NCBI GenBank assembly: GCA_016234725.1 | Contig: JACRAK010000012.1 | Span: 10,619-74,618, forward strand | Reading direction: 5' to 3' | Source of the DNA: Candidatus Azambacteria bacterium | GTDB lineage: Bacteria; Patescibacteriota; Minisyncoccia; GWC2-36-17; WO2-46-25 | Length of the DNA stretch: 64,000 bases | Shown: piece after piece, positions 47,247 to 56,087 of the stretch | How positions within the stretch are numbered: the stretch's first letter is position 1 | Layout of the letters: each line of letters opens with the position of its first letter | Notes under the pieces: generated by a model | Database searches by the model: none | Seen by the model: the letters and a program-made list of their open reading frames with translations, nothing else | What the model was told of the DNA's origin: nothing | Position numbers and translations under genes: made by a program

Positions 47247-48020
47247 ATGGATAGTAATCTTCTTTTGTTAAGCGTGGTGGTTGCGATCGCGGCGTCGTTC
47301 CTCGGCGTATTTATCATTCTTCGCCGGCTCGCGCTCGTGTCCGATGTGCTTTCGCATGTGGCGCTTCCCGGGGTTGCGCTTGCGCTGATTCTGGGCGTGA
47401 ACCCGTTTTTCGGTGCGTTTCTGGCGCTTGGAGCGGTGACCGTTGTTATTTTCTTCCTTGAGCGGCGGTTCGCGCTTTCCATCGATGCGATCGTAGGTGT
47501 TGCCTTCACCGTGGCGCTTGCGGTCGGTATGATCCTTATTCCGGATGAACACGCGGCAGAGGCGCTGTTTGGCGATATTGCCGCGATCGGGCGGGGAGAT
47601 GCGGTGTTTGGCGTGGCGCTCGGCGCGCTGCTCATCGCGCTTACTTTTGTGCTGTTTCGGCGGTTCGCGCACGCGACGTTCTCAAAGGAGCTTTCCCGGG
47701 ACGAGACGGTCGCGGATGGACGGGCGGAGTTCGTTTTTTTGGTCGCGCTTGCGCTTGCGATCGCGCTCGGCATTAAAGTGGTGGGTACATTGCTCATGGG
47801 CGCGATGATGATCCTGCCGGTAGTGGCGGCAAAAAATATCGCCTGGAGCTTAAAAAGCATGACGGCGCTTGCCATTGTGCTTGGAGTGCTTGAAATGGTG
47901 GGAGGGGTGTCGCTTGCGCAGGCATATGACACGGTTCCCGGCGCGGCGATCATTTTGATCGGCGGCGCGGTATTCGCGGTATCGCTGGTTTCGCGCGCCG
48001 TGGGGCGCGCGAAACCATGA
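47247..48020 (+). CDS. znuB: Zn/Mn ABC transporter permease
   Basis: SDVLSHVALPG, LFGDI, IKVVGTLL. Confidence 0.88.
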   Translation: MDSNLLLLSVVVAIAASFLGVFIILRRLALVSDVLSHVALPGVALALILGVNPFFGAFLALGAVTVVIFFLERRFALSIDAIVGVAFTVALAVGMILIPDEHAAEALFGDIAAIGRGDAVFGVALGALLIALTFVLFRRFAHATFSKELSRDETVADGRAEFVFLVALALAIALGIKVVGTLLMGAMMILPVVAAKNIAWSLKSMTALAIVLGVLEMVGGVSLAQAYDTVPGAAIILIGGAVFAVSLVSRAVGRAKP

Positions 48021-48043
48021 GATAGGTTCTGACAGAGAAACAT

Positions 48044-48077
48044 AAAAAACACTCCGCAAAAGAGCGGAGTGTTTTTT
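48044..48077. terminator. Bidirectional terminator
   Basis: AAAAAACACTCCGC...GCGGAGTGTTTTTT. Confidence 0.8.
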
Positions 48078-48096
48078 ATGTTTGCGCGGGCAATGG

Positions 48097-48441
48097 TTAT
48101 TTTGCCGCCGCGACGATCTTTGAGAATATCACGGGGTGTTCTTTCGCGACGTGCGCGAGCATTTTTCTGTTGATCGCGATCTTGCTCGTGTTCAGCTTGT
48201 TGATGAGCGCATTGTAGGGGAGTCCGTTCTCGCGTGATGCCGCGTTGATCTGGACGTTCCACAGCGTGCGGAAATCGCCCTTCTTTTTTCTGCGGTGCGC
48301 GAACATGTAGCTGAATGCGTGCAGGGTCGCTTCACGCATGCGCGTGATCTTTGAATTTCTTCCCGAACGAAATCCTTTCGTGTGTTTCCGAAGATTCTTT
48401 CTCCTTTTATTCGCAATGGTCCCTCTTTTTACTCGTGGCAT
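48097..48441 (-). CDS. rplT: 50S ribosomal protein L20
   Basis: MPRVKRG, KGFR, FRTLW...INAA, INRKMLA. Confidence 0.97.
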   Translation of the reverse strand: MPRVKRGTIANKRRKNLRKHTKGFRSGRNSKITRMREATLHAFSYMFAHRRKKKGDFRTLWNVQINAASRENGLPYNALINKLNTSKIAINRKMLAHVAKEHPVIFSKIVAAAK

Positions 48442-48442
48442 A

Positions 48443-48577
48443 CCCCGTAATACAACTTCGACTTGTTTTGCAAACGCAAAACAAGGAAATCGCTTTTAAT
48501 TAAAAATTAACACATATTCGCATATAATGCGTGTTGCGAAAAAATCGTTTATATATTGTCGAAGTTGATATACGGGG
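48443..48577. mobile_element. Miniature inverted-repeat element, family A, at the rplT start codon
   Basis: CCCCGTAATACAACTTCGAC...GTCGAAGTTGATATACGGGG; CATA duplicated at 48439-48442 and 48578-48581. Confidence 0.88.
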
Positions 48578-48586
48578 CATATTTTT

Positions 48587-48781
48587 TTATCGAGAGAACG
48601 GCATTTTATCGCGCATTTTCGGGGCGTCGGTACCGGCGACCGCTCCAAACCCGCGCTTACTTCGTTCCGCTTCTCCTGTTTGTCGTGCGTTAAAATGATT
48701 CTGACCGATGGTGCGCCGCATGAGCTTGCCTCGCGCGGTTACCTTTATTCTTTTTGAGACCGATTTGTTTGTTTTTTGCAT
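48587..48781 (-). CDS. rpmI: 50S ribosomal protein L35
   Basis: MQKTNKSVSKRIKVTARGKL; between infC and rplT. Confidence 0.95.
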   Translation of the reverse strand: MQKTNKSVSKRIKVTARGKLMRRTIGQNHFNARQTGEAERSKRGFGAVAGTDAPKMRDKMPFSR

Positions 48782-48782
48782 A

Positions 48783-48916
48783 CCCCGTATATCAACTTGG
48801 ATAATATTCACATTATCGAAAGTTGTAATAAATAATTATTCTTGCGTATATCCTTTAGCATGCCCCCGCGCAAGGTCTTTCGCATGCGAAAGACCAATCC
48901 AAGTTGTATTACGGGG
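48783..48916. mobile_element. Miniature inverted-repeat element, family A, at the rpmI start codon
   Basis: CCCCGTATATCAACTTGGAT...ATCCAAGTTGTATTACGGGG; CATA duplicated at 48779-48782 and 48917-48920. Confidence 0.88.
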
Positions 48917-48923
48917 CATACTG

Positions 48924-49427
48924 TTATTTTCCTAATACCGTTATAAATCCTGACGGAAGCTGCTTGATGGGCTGCTCTACGGTGTGCTCCATGGTTACCT
49001 TGCTTAAAAAGAGCACAAACCTCTTTCGCGCAAACTCTTTATTCGCCCGCTCCCTTCCCCGCAAGAACATCTCAACCTTTACCTTATACCCTTCTTTGAG
49101 AAATTCTTCAAGCTGCTTGATCTTGATCATCATATCGTGCTCTGACGTCGCTTGGCCGATCTTTACCGCTTTCAGCTCCCCCGCTTTATGTTTTACCTTC
49201 TGTTTTTTAAGCTGTTTTTCCTGCTGGTAGAGATATTTGCCCAGATTGATGATCTTTGCAACAGGGGGCACGGCGGTGGGGGCGATCTCGACGAGATCAA
49301 GCCCTTTCTCGCGCGCCGCATGCAAGGCCGCCGCAAGGTCCATGATGTCCAAATTCTTTCCCTCTTCGTCGATCACCCGTAATTTCGGAGCCCGTATTTG
49401 ATTGTTGACCCGTGGTTTTGGTGCGAT
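48924..49427 (-). CDS. infC: Translation initiation factor IF-3, probable non-canonical ATC start
   Basis: PRVNNQIRAPKLRVIDEEG, GLDLVEI, PPVAKI, FLRGRE; in-frame TAA five codons upstream of ATC 49427. Confidence 0.92.
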   Translation of the reverse strand: MAPKPRVNNQIRAPKLRVIDEEGKNLDIMDLAAALHAAREKGLDLVEIAPTAVPPVAKIINLGKYLYQQEKQLKKQKVKHKAGELKAVKIGQATSEHDMMIKIKQLEEFLKEGYKVKVEMFLRGRERANKEFARKRFVLFLSKVTMEHTVEQPIKQLPSGFITVLGK

Positions 49428-49476
49428 TGCCGTTGCGTATTACTGATAACTACCGGTTGTTCCGGTGGTGTATTTG

Positions 49477-49860
49477 TGGAGATGGCGAGAGTTGAACTCG
49501 CATCCAAAAAGCTATTCACACTATTTCTCCAAACGTAGGTTGTTTGTTGTTCTCGCGTGCCGGCTGGAAAGCAACCAAAATGCCGGAACGTACAGCCGCT
49601 TAGCTTAACGATACGCTGCGGCGGCGTATCGCGCAACCTGATACTATAACACCGGAGGCCCACCTATCAGGCGTTAGCAGGTCCGATGGCAAGAGTACTA
49701 GACCCTTGCGAAAGAAAGAGGAGCAAAGCTTAACGCTATTGCATTCTTTACTTTTGAGAATAAGTTTGCACTTATTGGTGTGTGCCGCCGTTTTCCGAGC
49801 AGGCGACGACCTCGGTCTGCATAGTGTGAAAAGAACTCTCTGTCAAAGCCCAACATCCCC
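49477..49860 (-). ncRNA. ssrA: tmRNA
   Basis: 5' GGGGATG pairs with 3' CATCTCC-A; T-arm GCGAGTTCAACTCTCGC; tag ORF ANLFSKVKNAIALSFAPLSFARV* at 49698-49769; adjacent to smpB. Confidence 0.92.
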
Positions 49861-49866
49861 GAAACT

Positions 49867-49941
49867 ATAAAACATAAAACATGGAACTTGAAACATAAAA
49901 CTAAAAGATTCAAGTTTTACGCTTCATGTTTCATGATTTTT
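49867..49941. repeat. Head-to-head heptamer array
   Basis: ATAAAAC ATAAAAC ATGGAAC TTGAAAC ATAAAAC ... GATTCAA GTTTTAC GCTTCAT GTTTCAT. Confidence 0.78.
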
Positions 49942-50366
49942 GCTTTCTCGCGTGTAAACTCTTTTTTCTTGATGTCCTCACGCTTTTCGAACTTCTTTTT
50001 CGAGCGTGCGAGGCCGAATTCAAGCTTGATTTTACGACCCTCATTGTACAGCGAAATGGGAATGAGTGTCAAGCCTTTTTTGGCCGTTTTTCCTGCAAGT
50101 TCAGCGATCTCCCGCTTGGTCAGCAAGAGTTTTCGCGGGCGGGTTTTATCATACCCCGCGGGCGTGTTCTGGGGCTGGTAGGGCGCGATAGGCGCATTGA
50201 TCCAAAACGCCTCGCCGCCGCGGATGATGACGAAGGAACCAGCAAGGTTCGCCTTTTTCGAGAATGCCGCCTTCGCCTCAAAACCAAAAAGCACGATGCC
50301 TGCGCGGTATCGGTCAAGTATTTCATAGTCAAATAACACTTTTTTGTTTTCAGCAAGTAAGGCCAT
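49917..50366 (-). CDS. smpB: SsrA-binding protein
   Basis: ENKK..FDYEI, AGIVLFGFEAK, RKLLL.KREI, KKFEKRE. Confidence 0.96.
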   Translation of the reverse strand: MALLAENKKVLFDYEILDRYRAGIVLFGFEAKAAFSKKANLAGSFVIIRGGEAFWINAPIAPYQPQNTPAGYDKTRPRKLLLTKREIAELAGKTAKKGLTLIPISLYNEGRKIKLEFGLARSKKKFEKREDIKKKEFTREKAKIMKHEA

Positions 50367-50423
50367 AGATATAGTATACCAAAAGAATGCCCCGGCTGGG
50401 TAAGAGCCGGGGCGGTTGTGTTA

Positions 50424-51614
50424 CTACAAAGGAAGATAGATCTTGAAGATCGTACGATGCGCGATCTTTTTATGTCTTTTTTTCGTTTTGCTTTCCGCAA
50501 TGATCGTGCCGCCGTGTCCCTGGACGATCTGTTCGGTCGTCGCAAGACCGAGGCCGGTGCCGTTCGTTTTCGTGGTGAAGAACGGGTTGAATATCTCCTT
50601 GAGATCTTCCTGATCGATCACTTTTCCGTCGTTCGCGATCGAAACGAGGATGCGCTTTCTGCGCGGCCGGATCTTCATTCTCACCCATGTGTTCTTCGCT
50701 CCCGCTTCATCCGCGTTTCGTATGATATCGTGCAGGCACGTCTCCATCATTTCTTTATCGAAACATACCGTGATGTCGTGATCGAGTTGGAAGAGGTGGA
50801 AATGGACGGTGGGGTGTGATGGGCGTATTTTTTCAAGAAAGTGCCGCAAAAATCCGTTTACGCCATAATCGCCCAGCTTGAGCCGCTCGGGAGCGAACTT
50901 TGAGTACTCAAGGACGTTCTTCGTTACTCGTTCGAGTCCTTTGACCTCCTCGGAGACCAAAGATGCATATTTTCTTCCGGCGCTTGAAAGCGACTGGTCT
51001 TCCTTGAGGCGGTTTGAGAGCCCGCCGATGATCATAAGCGCGTTCCGCACCACATGCGCGACTTGCGCATATTTCTGCCCCATAAGCGATAACCGCTCCC
51101 GTTGCAGCGCTCTTTTTTCTTCCTCCATGTTTTTGTGCGCTTTTTCTATCGCGCGCGCTACGGGCCCGCTGACGATCTTTGCTGTTTTCATGACTTCCGA
51201 CGGTCTTTCTATGACCGATGTGAAATCGAACACCATGATACCGAGCGGTTCTTCTTTTGAAAGAAGCGGGGCAAAGATAATGTCAGAAATGCCGTAGCGC
51301 GCGGCATGCTCTTTGAGGTGCGGCGTCCGCGGATTCCGCGCAGGATCATGTATGTGCACTACGCGCTGGTGTTCGTTCATGACGCCCCGTAAGAATTCGG
51401 CGTGTTTCTCGGTAACTTCTTGTCCAACGGCATGACCTCCTTCTGGATATCCCGCATACAGGACCAGCCCGTTTTTTTTCACGGGGAGTACGATGCAGCA
51501 GCGCGGGCATCCGGCGATCTGCGCGCTCTTTGCTGCGGCAATGCGCAGCGCCTCCGAAAGCGATTTGATTATGATCTCCTCCGCCATCTCCGCAAATGCG
51601 ATCAACTTGTTCAT
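50424..51614 (-). CDS. Cytoplasmic GAF-domain histidine kinase
   Basis: AHVVRNAL H-box, RNA, NDG, FNPFFTTK.NGTGLGL. Confidence 0.85.
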   Translation of the reverse strand: MNKLIAFAEMAEEIIIKSLSEALRIAAAKSAQIAGCPRCCIVLPVKKNGLVLYAGYPEGGHAVGQEVTEKHAEFLRGVMNEHQRVVHIHDPARNPRTPHLKEHAARYGISDIIFAPLLSKEEPLGIMVFDFTSVIERPSEVMKTAKIVSGPVARAIEKAHKNMEEEKRALQRERLSLMGQKYAQVAHVVRNALMIIGGLSNRLKEDQSLSSAGRKYASLVSEEVKGLERVTKNVLEYSKFAPERLKLGDYGVNGFLRHFLEKIRPSHPTVHFHLFQLDHDITVCFDKEMMETCLHDIIRNADEAGAKNTWVRMKIRPRRKRILVSIANDGKVIDQEDLKEIFNPFFTTKTNGTGLGLATTEQIVQGHGGTIIAESKTKKRHKKIAHRTIFKIYLPL

Positions 51615-51753
51615 GTCTCCCTCCCTTTATATTTTGTTTTAATGTGCGTCGTTTTTTGAATACGCGTGTTGTACGCTATTTTTATGCATCAGTCAAGAGT
51701 GTAAAAAGCCTGTTTTCTTGATAGTTTCTAGGTTTTCGAGTACCATAGCTACT

Positions 51754-54700
51754 ATGAGTACACAAGAAAAACAGGAAAAATCTCAGCTTGCGCGCATGGA
51801 AGAAGAGGTGCTTGCGTGGTGGAACGAACAGAAGGTGTTTGAGCAGGTTCTCGCAAAACGAAAAAAAGGGAAATTATTCGTGTTTTATGAGGGTCCTCCG
51901 ACCGCCAACGGCATGCCGCATCCGGGGCACGTGATGGGGCGGTGCTTTAAGGATCTTTTTTTGCGGTATAAATCGATGCAGGGGTATTTTGTTCCGCGGA
52001 ACGCGGGGTGGGATACGCACGGCTTGCCGGTGGAGATAGAAATAGAAAAAAAACTCGGCATCACCAAAAAATCCGACATCGAGAAATTCGGCATCGGGGA
52101 ATTCAACCGGTTGTGCAAAGAGTCGGTATGGAAATACAAAGACGAATGGGAAAAGATGACCAATCGCATCGGGTTCTGGCTCGATATGAAGCATCCGTAT
52201 ATCACGTATGAAGCGAAATATATGGAAACGCTGTGGTGGATCATCAAACGCATATTCGAGAAAGGGCTTTTGGTGGAGGAGTACAAGGTGATGCAATACT
52301 GCGCGCGGTGCGGGACCGGCCTTTCGTCGCATGAGATCGCGCAGGGATATAAAACGGTCAAAGACAAGTCGGTATATGTGAAATTCCCTCTGGCGCGGCG
52401 TGCGGCCGAAGAGCGCGTGCATGAGAAAGCGAAACACAAAGCGGTGTTTGATGAGCACGATGATCCCGATGGGCGCGAATATTTTTTGGTATGGACGACG
52501 ACGCCCTGGACGCTCCCCGCGAATGTTGCGCTCGCAGTACACCCTGATATCGAGTATGTAAAGGCGAAAAAAGAGAACGAAGTGCTTATCGTAGCGAAGG
52601 ATCGCGTGAGCATCCTCGGCGAAGGATGGGAGGTCGTGCGGACGATGAAGGGAAAGGAACTTCTCGGTGTGCGGTATGAGCAGCTTTTCACATTCCTTAC
52701 GCCAGACAAAGACGCGTTCTTTGTCGTTGCGGGTGATTTTGTGTCTGCTCTAGACGGGTCGGGGATAGTGCATCTGGCGCCCGCATACGGAGAAGACGAC
52801 ATGGCGGCGGCAAAAAAATACAACCTTCCCGTATTGCACCCGGTGCAGGAGAATGGGGAGTTTGGCGCGCCGATCCCGTGGCGGGGGACGTTCGTGAAAA
52901 ATACGGACGGAGCGATCGTGAACGAGCTTCGAGAGCGCGGACTCTTTTTCAAAGAAGAAGCATACGAACATGAATATCCGTTCTGCTGGCGGTGCGATAC
53001 GCCGATTTTATATTACGCGCGGAAATCGTGGTTCATCACGATGTCTCAATTGCGAGGAAAGCTGATCGAAAGCAATAAAAAAGTAAATTGGGTGCCCGCC
53101 CATACAAAAGAAGGGAGATTCGGCGAATGGCTCACGCAGGCAAAGGATTGGGCGTTCTCGCGCGAGCGGTATTGGGGCACGCCGCTGCCGTTGTGGCGGT
53201 GCGACGGGTGCGGCACAGTGGAGGCCATCGGGAGCGTTGCCGAGCTCGGCGCGCGGTCCCGGTTGCGCAACCGGTATTTCATGATACGGCACGGGCAGGC
53301 GGCGTTCAACGCGAAACGCATAGCGGAAACATCAGGAAGGGCGGAAAATCATCTCACAAAAAAAGGTATTTTGGAGAGCACGGCTGCGCTCGCGCGATTT
53401 GCAAAAAAACACAAAGGAGTCGTTCCCGATGTTATTATCTCATCTCCGTTCGTACGCACACAGGAAACGGCGCGCATCGTGGCGGAACATTTTGGCATCG
53501 CGCCCGAGCGCATCGTGACGGATGCGGCGATCCAGGAGATGGACATCGGCGTGTTTGATGGCAAGCCGGTAAAACAATACCATGCGTATTTTGCTTCGTA
53601 TGAAGAGATGTTTGAAAAGCGGCCTCCCGAAGCGAAAGAGAATCTGACCGATCTTCGCGCGCGCGTCGCCGCGTTCATACAGGATGCGGAGAAACGACAC
53701 GAAGGGAAGACCATTTTTATCGTGGGGCACGAGTATTCATTATGGATGCTGGAAACAGCATTATATGGATATGACCTTGCAGAGACCATCGCGGCAAAAA
53801 AGAAAAAAGGAGACGACTATATCGCAACCGGAGAGATGCGCGAACTGCCGCGCATGCATTTGCCGCTTGATGAGAACGGATCTTTGGATCTGCACAAGCC
53901 GCACATTGATGCTATTACCTTTGCATGCCGGGCGTGCGAAAAGGGAATGATGCGACGCGTGCCGGAAGTATGCGATGTGTGGTTTGATTCCGGTGCGATG
54001 CCCTTCGCGCAGATGCATTTTCCGTTCGCGCAGGGCGACACGAGCGGCGCTAAAAAAAGCATCGTTCAACTCATGAAGCAGATCCCGTACCCCGCCGATT
54101 TTATCACCGAGGGCGTTGATCAGACGCGCGGGTGGTTCTATACGCTCCTTGCGGTCGCGACCGCGCTTGATGCGGGCGTCCCGTACCGCACCGTGATCTC
54201 GCAGGGGCATATTTTGGACAAGCACGGCAAAAAGATGTCGAAGTCAAAAAAGAATTATACCGATCCGCTTATGATCGCCGACACATACGGCATCGATGCG
54301 CTGCGGTGGTTTTTTTTCGTGGTGAATCCGGTGGGGGAGCCGAAGCGGTTTGATGAAAAAGACGTGCTTGATGCGCAGCGCAAATCGGTCATGATGCTTA
54401 TCAACATCGGGAACTTTCTCAGATCATACGCATACGCGGGGCGCGCGCCGGCGGCCCTGCCCCCGGCCAAAAACCCGCTTGACCGATGGATCATATCAAA
54501 ACTGAACCATGCGGTGGCCGCCGTGACGGATGCGATGGAGGCGTATGACGCGCAAAGCGCGGGACGGCACATCGCGGCGCTCCTTGACGACGTTTCCAAT
54601 TGGTATATCCGCCGCTCGCGCGAACGGTTCCAGCTCGCCGAAGATGCGCACGATCACAAAGCCGCAAGCATGGTGCTCACAATGGTGTTTGAGCGCACGC

Positions 54701-55323
54701 TGACGCTTGCAGCGCCGTTCATTCCATTTACCACTGAACGGCTGTGGTTGAACATGGGCAAAAAAACAAGTATTCATTGTGAAAAGTATCCGCGCGCGGA
54801 CAAAAAACGCATTGATAAGAAGCTCGAATATGCTATGATGCGGGTACGGGAAGCGGCGAGCGCGGCGCTCAAAGCGAGAGCGGAAGCGCGCATGAAAGTG
54901 CGCCAGCCGCTTGGCATAGTAAAGATCAGCGGCAAGGCATTTGGTCATGTGAAAAAAGAATTGCTCCATCTTCTTAAAGATGAGGTGAATGTAAAAGAGG
55001 TCGTGGTGGATGATGCGCTTGCCGAAGGAGTGTGGCTCGACACGACCGTCACGCCGGAGCTGAAAGAAGAAGGAATGATGCGGGAGGTCACGCGGCACAT
55101 CCAGCAGGCGCGCAAAGAAGCCGGGCTTACGAAGAAAGACAGCGTCGTGCTCCAATGCGCCGCCGACGGAGAAATGAGACGTACGCTTGAAGCATGGGGT
55201 GAGCGGCTGTCCTTAAGGATCGTTGCGCGAAACATAGAGTATGTCGCGCGCGATGGTATGAAGGATCCCCGCGAGATCACCGGAGACGATTATCATTTGT
55301 GGTTTGCACTAAAACCGATATGA
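51754..55323 (+). CDS. ileS: Isoleucine-tRNA ligase (type 2-like) with inserted histidine phosphatase domain
   Basis: EGPPTANGMPHPGH, GWDTHGLP, WTTTPWT, SRERYWG, KMSKS; insert RHGQA...SSPFVRTQET. Confidence 0.96.
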   Translation: MSTQEKQEKSQLARMEEEVLAWWNEQKVFEQVLAKRKKGKLFVFYEGPPTANGMPHPGHVMGRCFKDLFLRYKSMQGYFVPRNAGWDTHGLPVEIEIEKKLGITKKSDIEKFGIGEFNRLCKESVWKYKDEWEKMTNRIGFWLDMKHPYITYEAKYMETLWWIIKRIFEKGLLVEEYKVMQYCARCGTGLSSHEIAQGYKTVKDKSVYVKFPLARRAAEERVHEKAKHKAVFDEHDDPDGREYFLVWTTTPWTLPANVALAVHPDIEYVKAKKENEVLIVAKDRVSILGEGWEVVRTMKGKELLGVRYEQLFTFLTPDKDAFFVVAGDFVSALDGSGIVHLAPAYGEDDMAAAKKYNLPVLHPVQENGEFGAPIPWRGTFVKNTDGAIVNELRERGLFFKEEAYEHEYPFCWRCDTPILYYARKSWFITMSQLRGKLIESNKKVNWVPAHTKEGRFGEWLTQAKDWAFSRERYWGTPLPLWRCDGCGTVEAIGSVAELGARSRLRNRYFMIRHGQAAFNAKRIAETSGRAENHLTKKGILESTAALARFAKKHKGVVPDVIISSPFVRTQETARIVAEHFGIAPERIVTDAAIQEMDIGVFDGKPVKQYHAYFASYEEMFEKRPPEAKENLTDLRARVAAFIQDAEKRHEGKTIFIVGHEYSLWMLETALYGYDLAETIAAKKKKGDDYIATGEMRELPRMHLPLDENGSLDLHKPHIDAITFACRACEKGMMRRVPEVCDVWFDSGAMPFAQMHFPFAQGDTSGAKKSIVQLMKQIPYPADFITEGVDQTRGWFYTLLAVATALDAGVPYRTVISQGHILDKHGKKMSKSKKNYTDPLMIADTYGIDALRWFFFVVNPVGEPKRFDEKDVLDAQRKSVMMLINIGNFLRSYAYAGRAPAALPPAKNPLDRWIISKLNHAVAAVTDAMEAYDAQSAGRHIAALLDDVSNWYIRRSRERFQLAEDAHDHKAASMVLTMVFERTLTLAAPFIPFTTERLWLNMGKKTSIHCEKYPRADKKRIDKKLEYAMMRVREAASAALKARAEARMKVRQPLGIVKISGKAFGHVKKELLHLLKDEVNVKEVVVDDALAEGVWLDTTVTPELKEEGMMREVTRHIQQARKEAGLTKKDSVVLQCAADGEMRRTLEAWGERLSLRIVARNIEYVARDGMKDPREITGDDYHLWFALKPI

Positions 55324-55901
55324 GCCAGCGATCGACCATTGCACTTGTCGTGAAAAGAAAAAACAAGGGGGAGCACGACCAACTGCTCACCCTGTTCACG
55401 AAGCGATACGGAAAGATCGAGTGCGTGTGCCGGGGGATCCGCAAGAAGGAGGCGAAGCTTGCCGGACATCTCGGGTTGTTGTGCGTTTCCGACGTCAGCT
55501 TCGTGTTGGGGAAACACACGAAAGTGCTCACCTCCGCATGCGATCGCGAGCATTTTTCGGCGATCAAAAAGGACCTTATCAAGTTGAAAGCCGCACAGCG
55601 CATCGTGAAGCTCCTTGATGCGTATACGATCACGGAAGCAAAAGACGAGGCGATCTTCAACCTGGTGGTCGGCGCGCTTGATTATCTGAATCGGCGGGAG
55701 ATGACGATGCTTGAATTGAAATTTTTCCTCCGCTATTTTGAATTTAAATTCTTGAGCCTGCTGGGGTATGAGCCGGAAGACAAGACGATCATGCGGGCGT
55801 TTTGCAATGAGCATATCGCGCTCTCCGAGCAAGAGCTCGATACGATGGAAGAGATCTTTGACCGGCATTTCAGGGATATTTACGGAGTAGTGAATATGTA
55901 A
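55320..55901 (+). CDS. recO: DNA repair protein RecO
   Basis: GEHDQLLTLFT..YGKI...RGIRK..AKL.G.L; FEFKFLSLLGY.P. Confidence 0.88.
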   Translation: MSQRSTIALVVKRKNKGEHDQLLTLFTKRYGKIECVCRGIRKKEAKLAGHLGLLCVSDVSFVLGKHTKVLTSACDREHFSAIKKDLIKLKAAQRIVKLLDAYTITEAKDEAIFNLVVGALDYLNRREMTMLELKFFLRYFEFKFLSLLGYEPEDKTIMRAFCNEHIALSEQELDTMEEIFDRHFRDIYGVVNM

Positions 55902-56076
55902 CCTTTGAATTACGAAATGTATTTTTATTTTGCCGCCGTCACCTTCAATTCTTTCTTTTATCTTAACGGAAGCGCAGCCTTTCCATACCTATTATATAAA
56001 TAAAAAGGCGTGAGAGGATGAAAGAAAGAATTGAAGGTGACGGCGGCAGGAAAAGGCGTTGTTTCGTAATGCAAGG
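55902..56076. repeat. Long inverted-repeat element, family B
   Basis: 28-bp perfect arms at 55931-55958 and 56021-56048; outer arms ATTACGAAA/TTTCGTAAT. Confidence 0.85.
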
Positions 56077-56087
56077 ATATAATAAAT

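Noticed and set aside
49373-49913. ORFs of 96 and 71 aa
   Set aside because: They lie within tmRNA; only the tag peptide part is meaningful.
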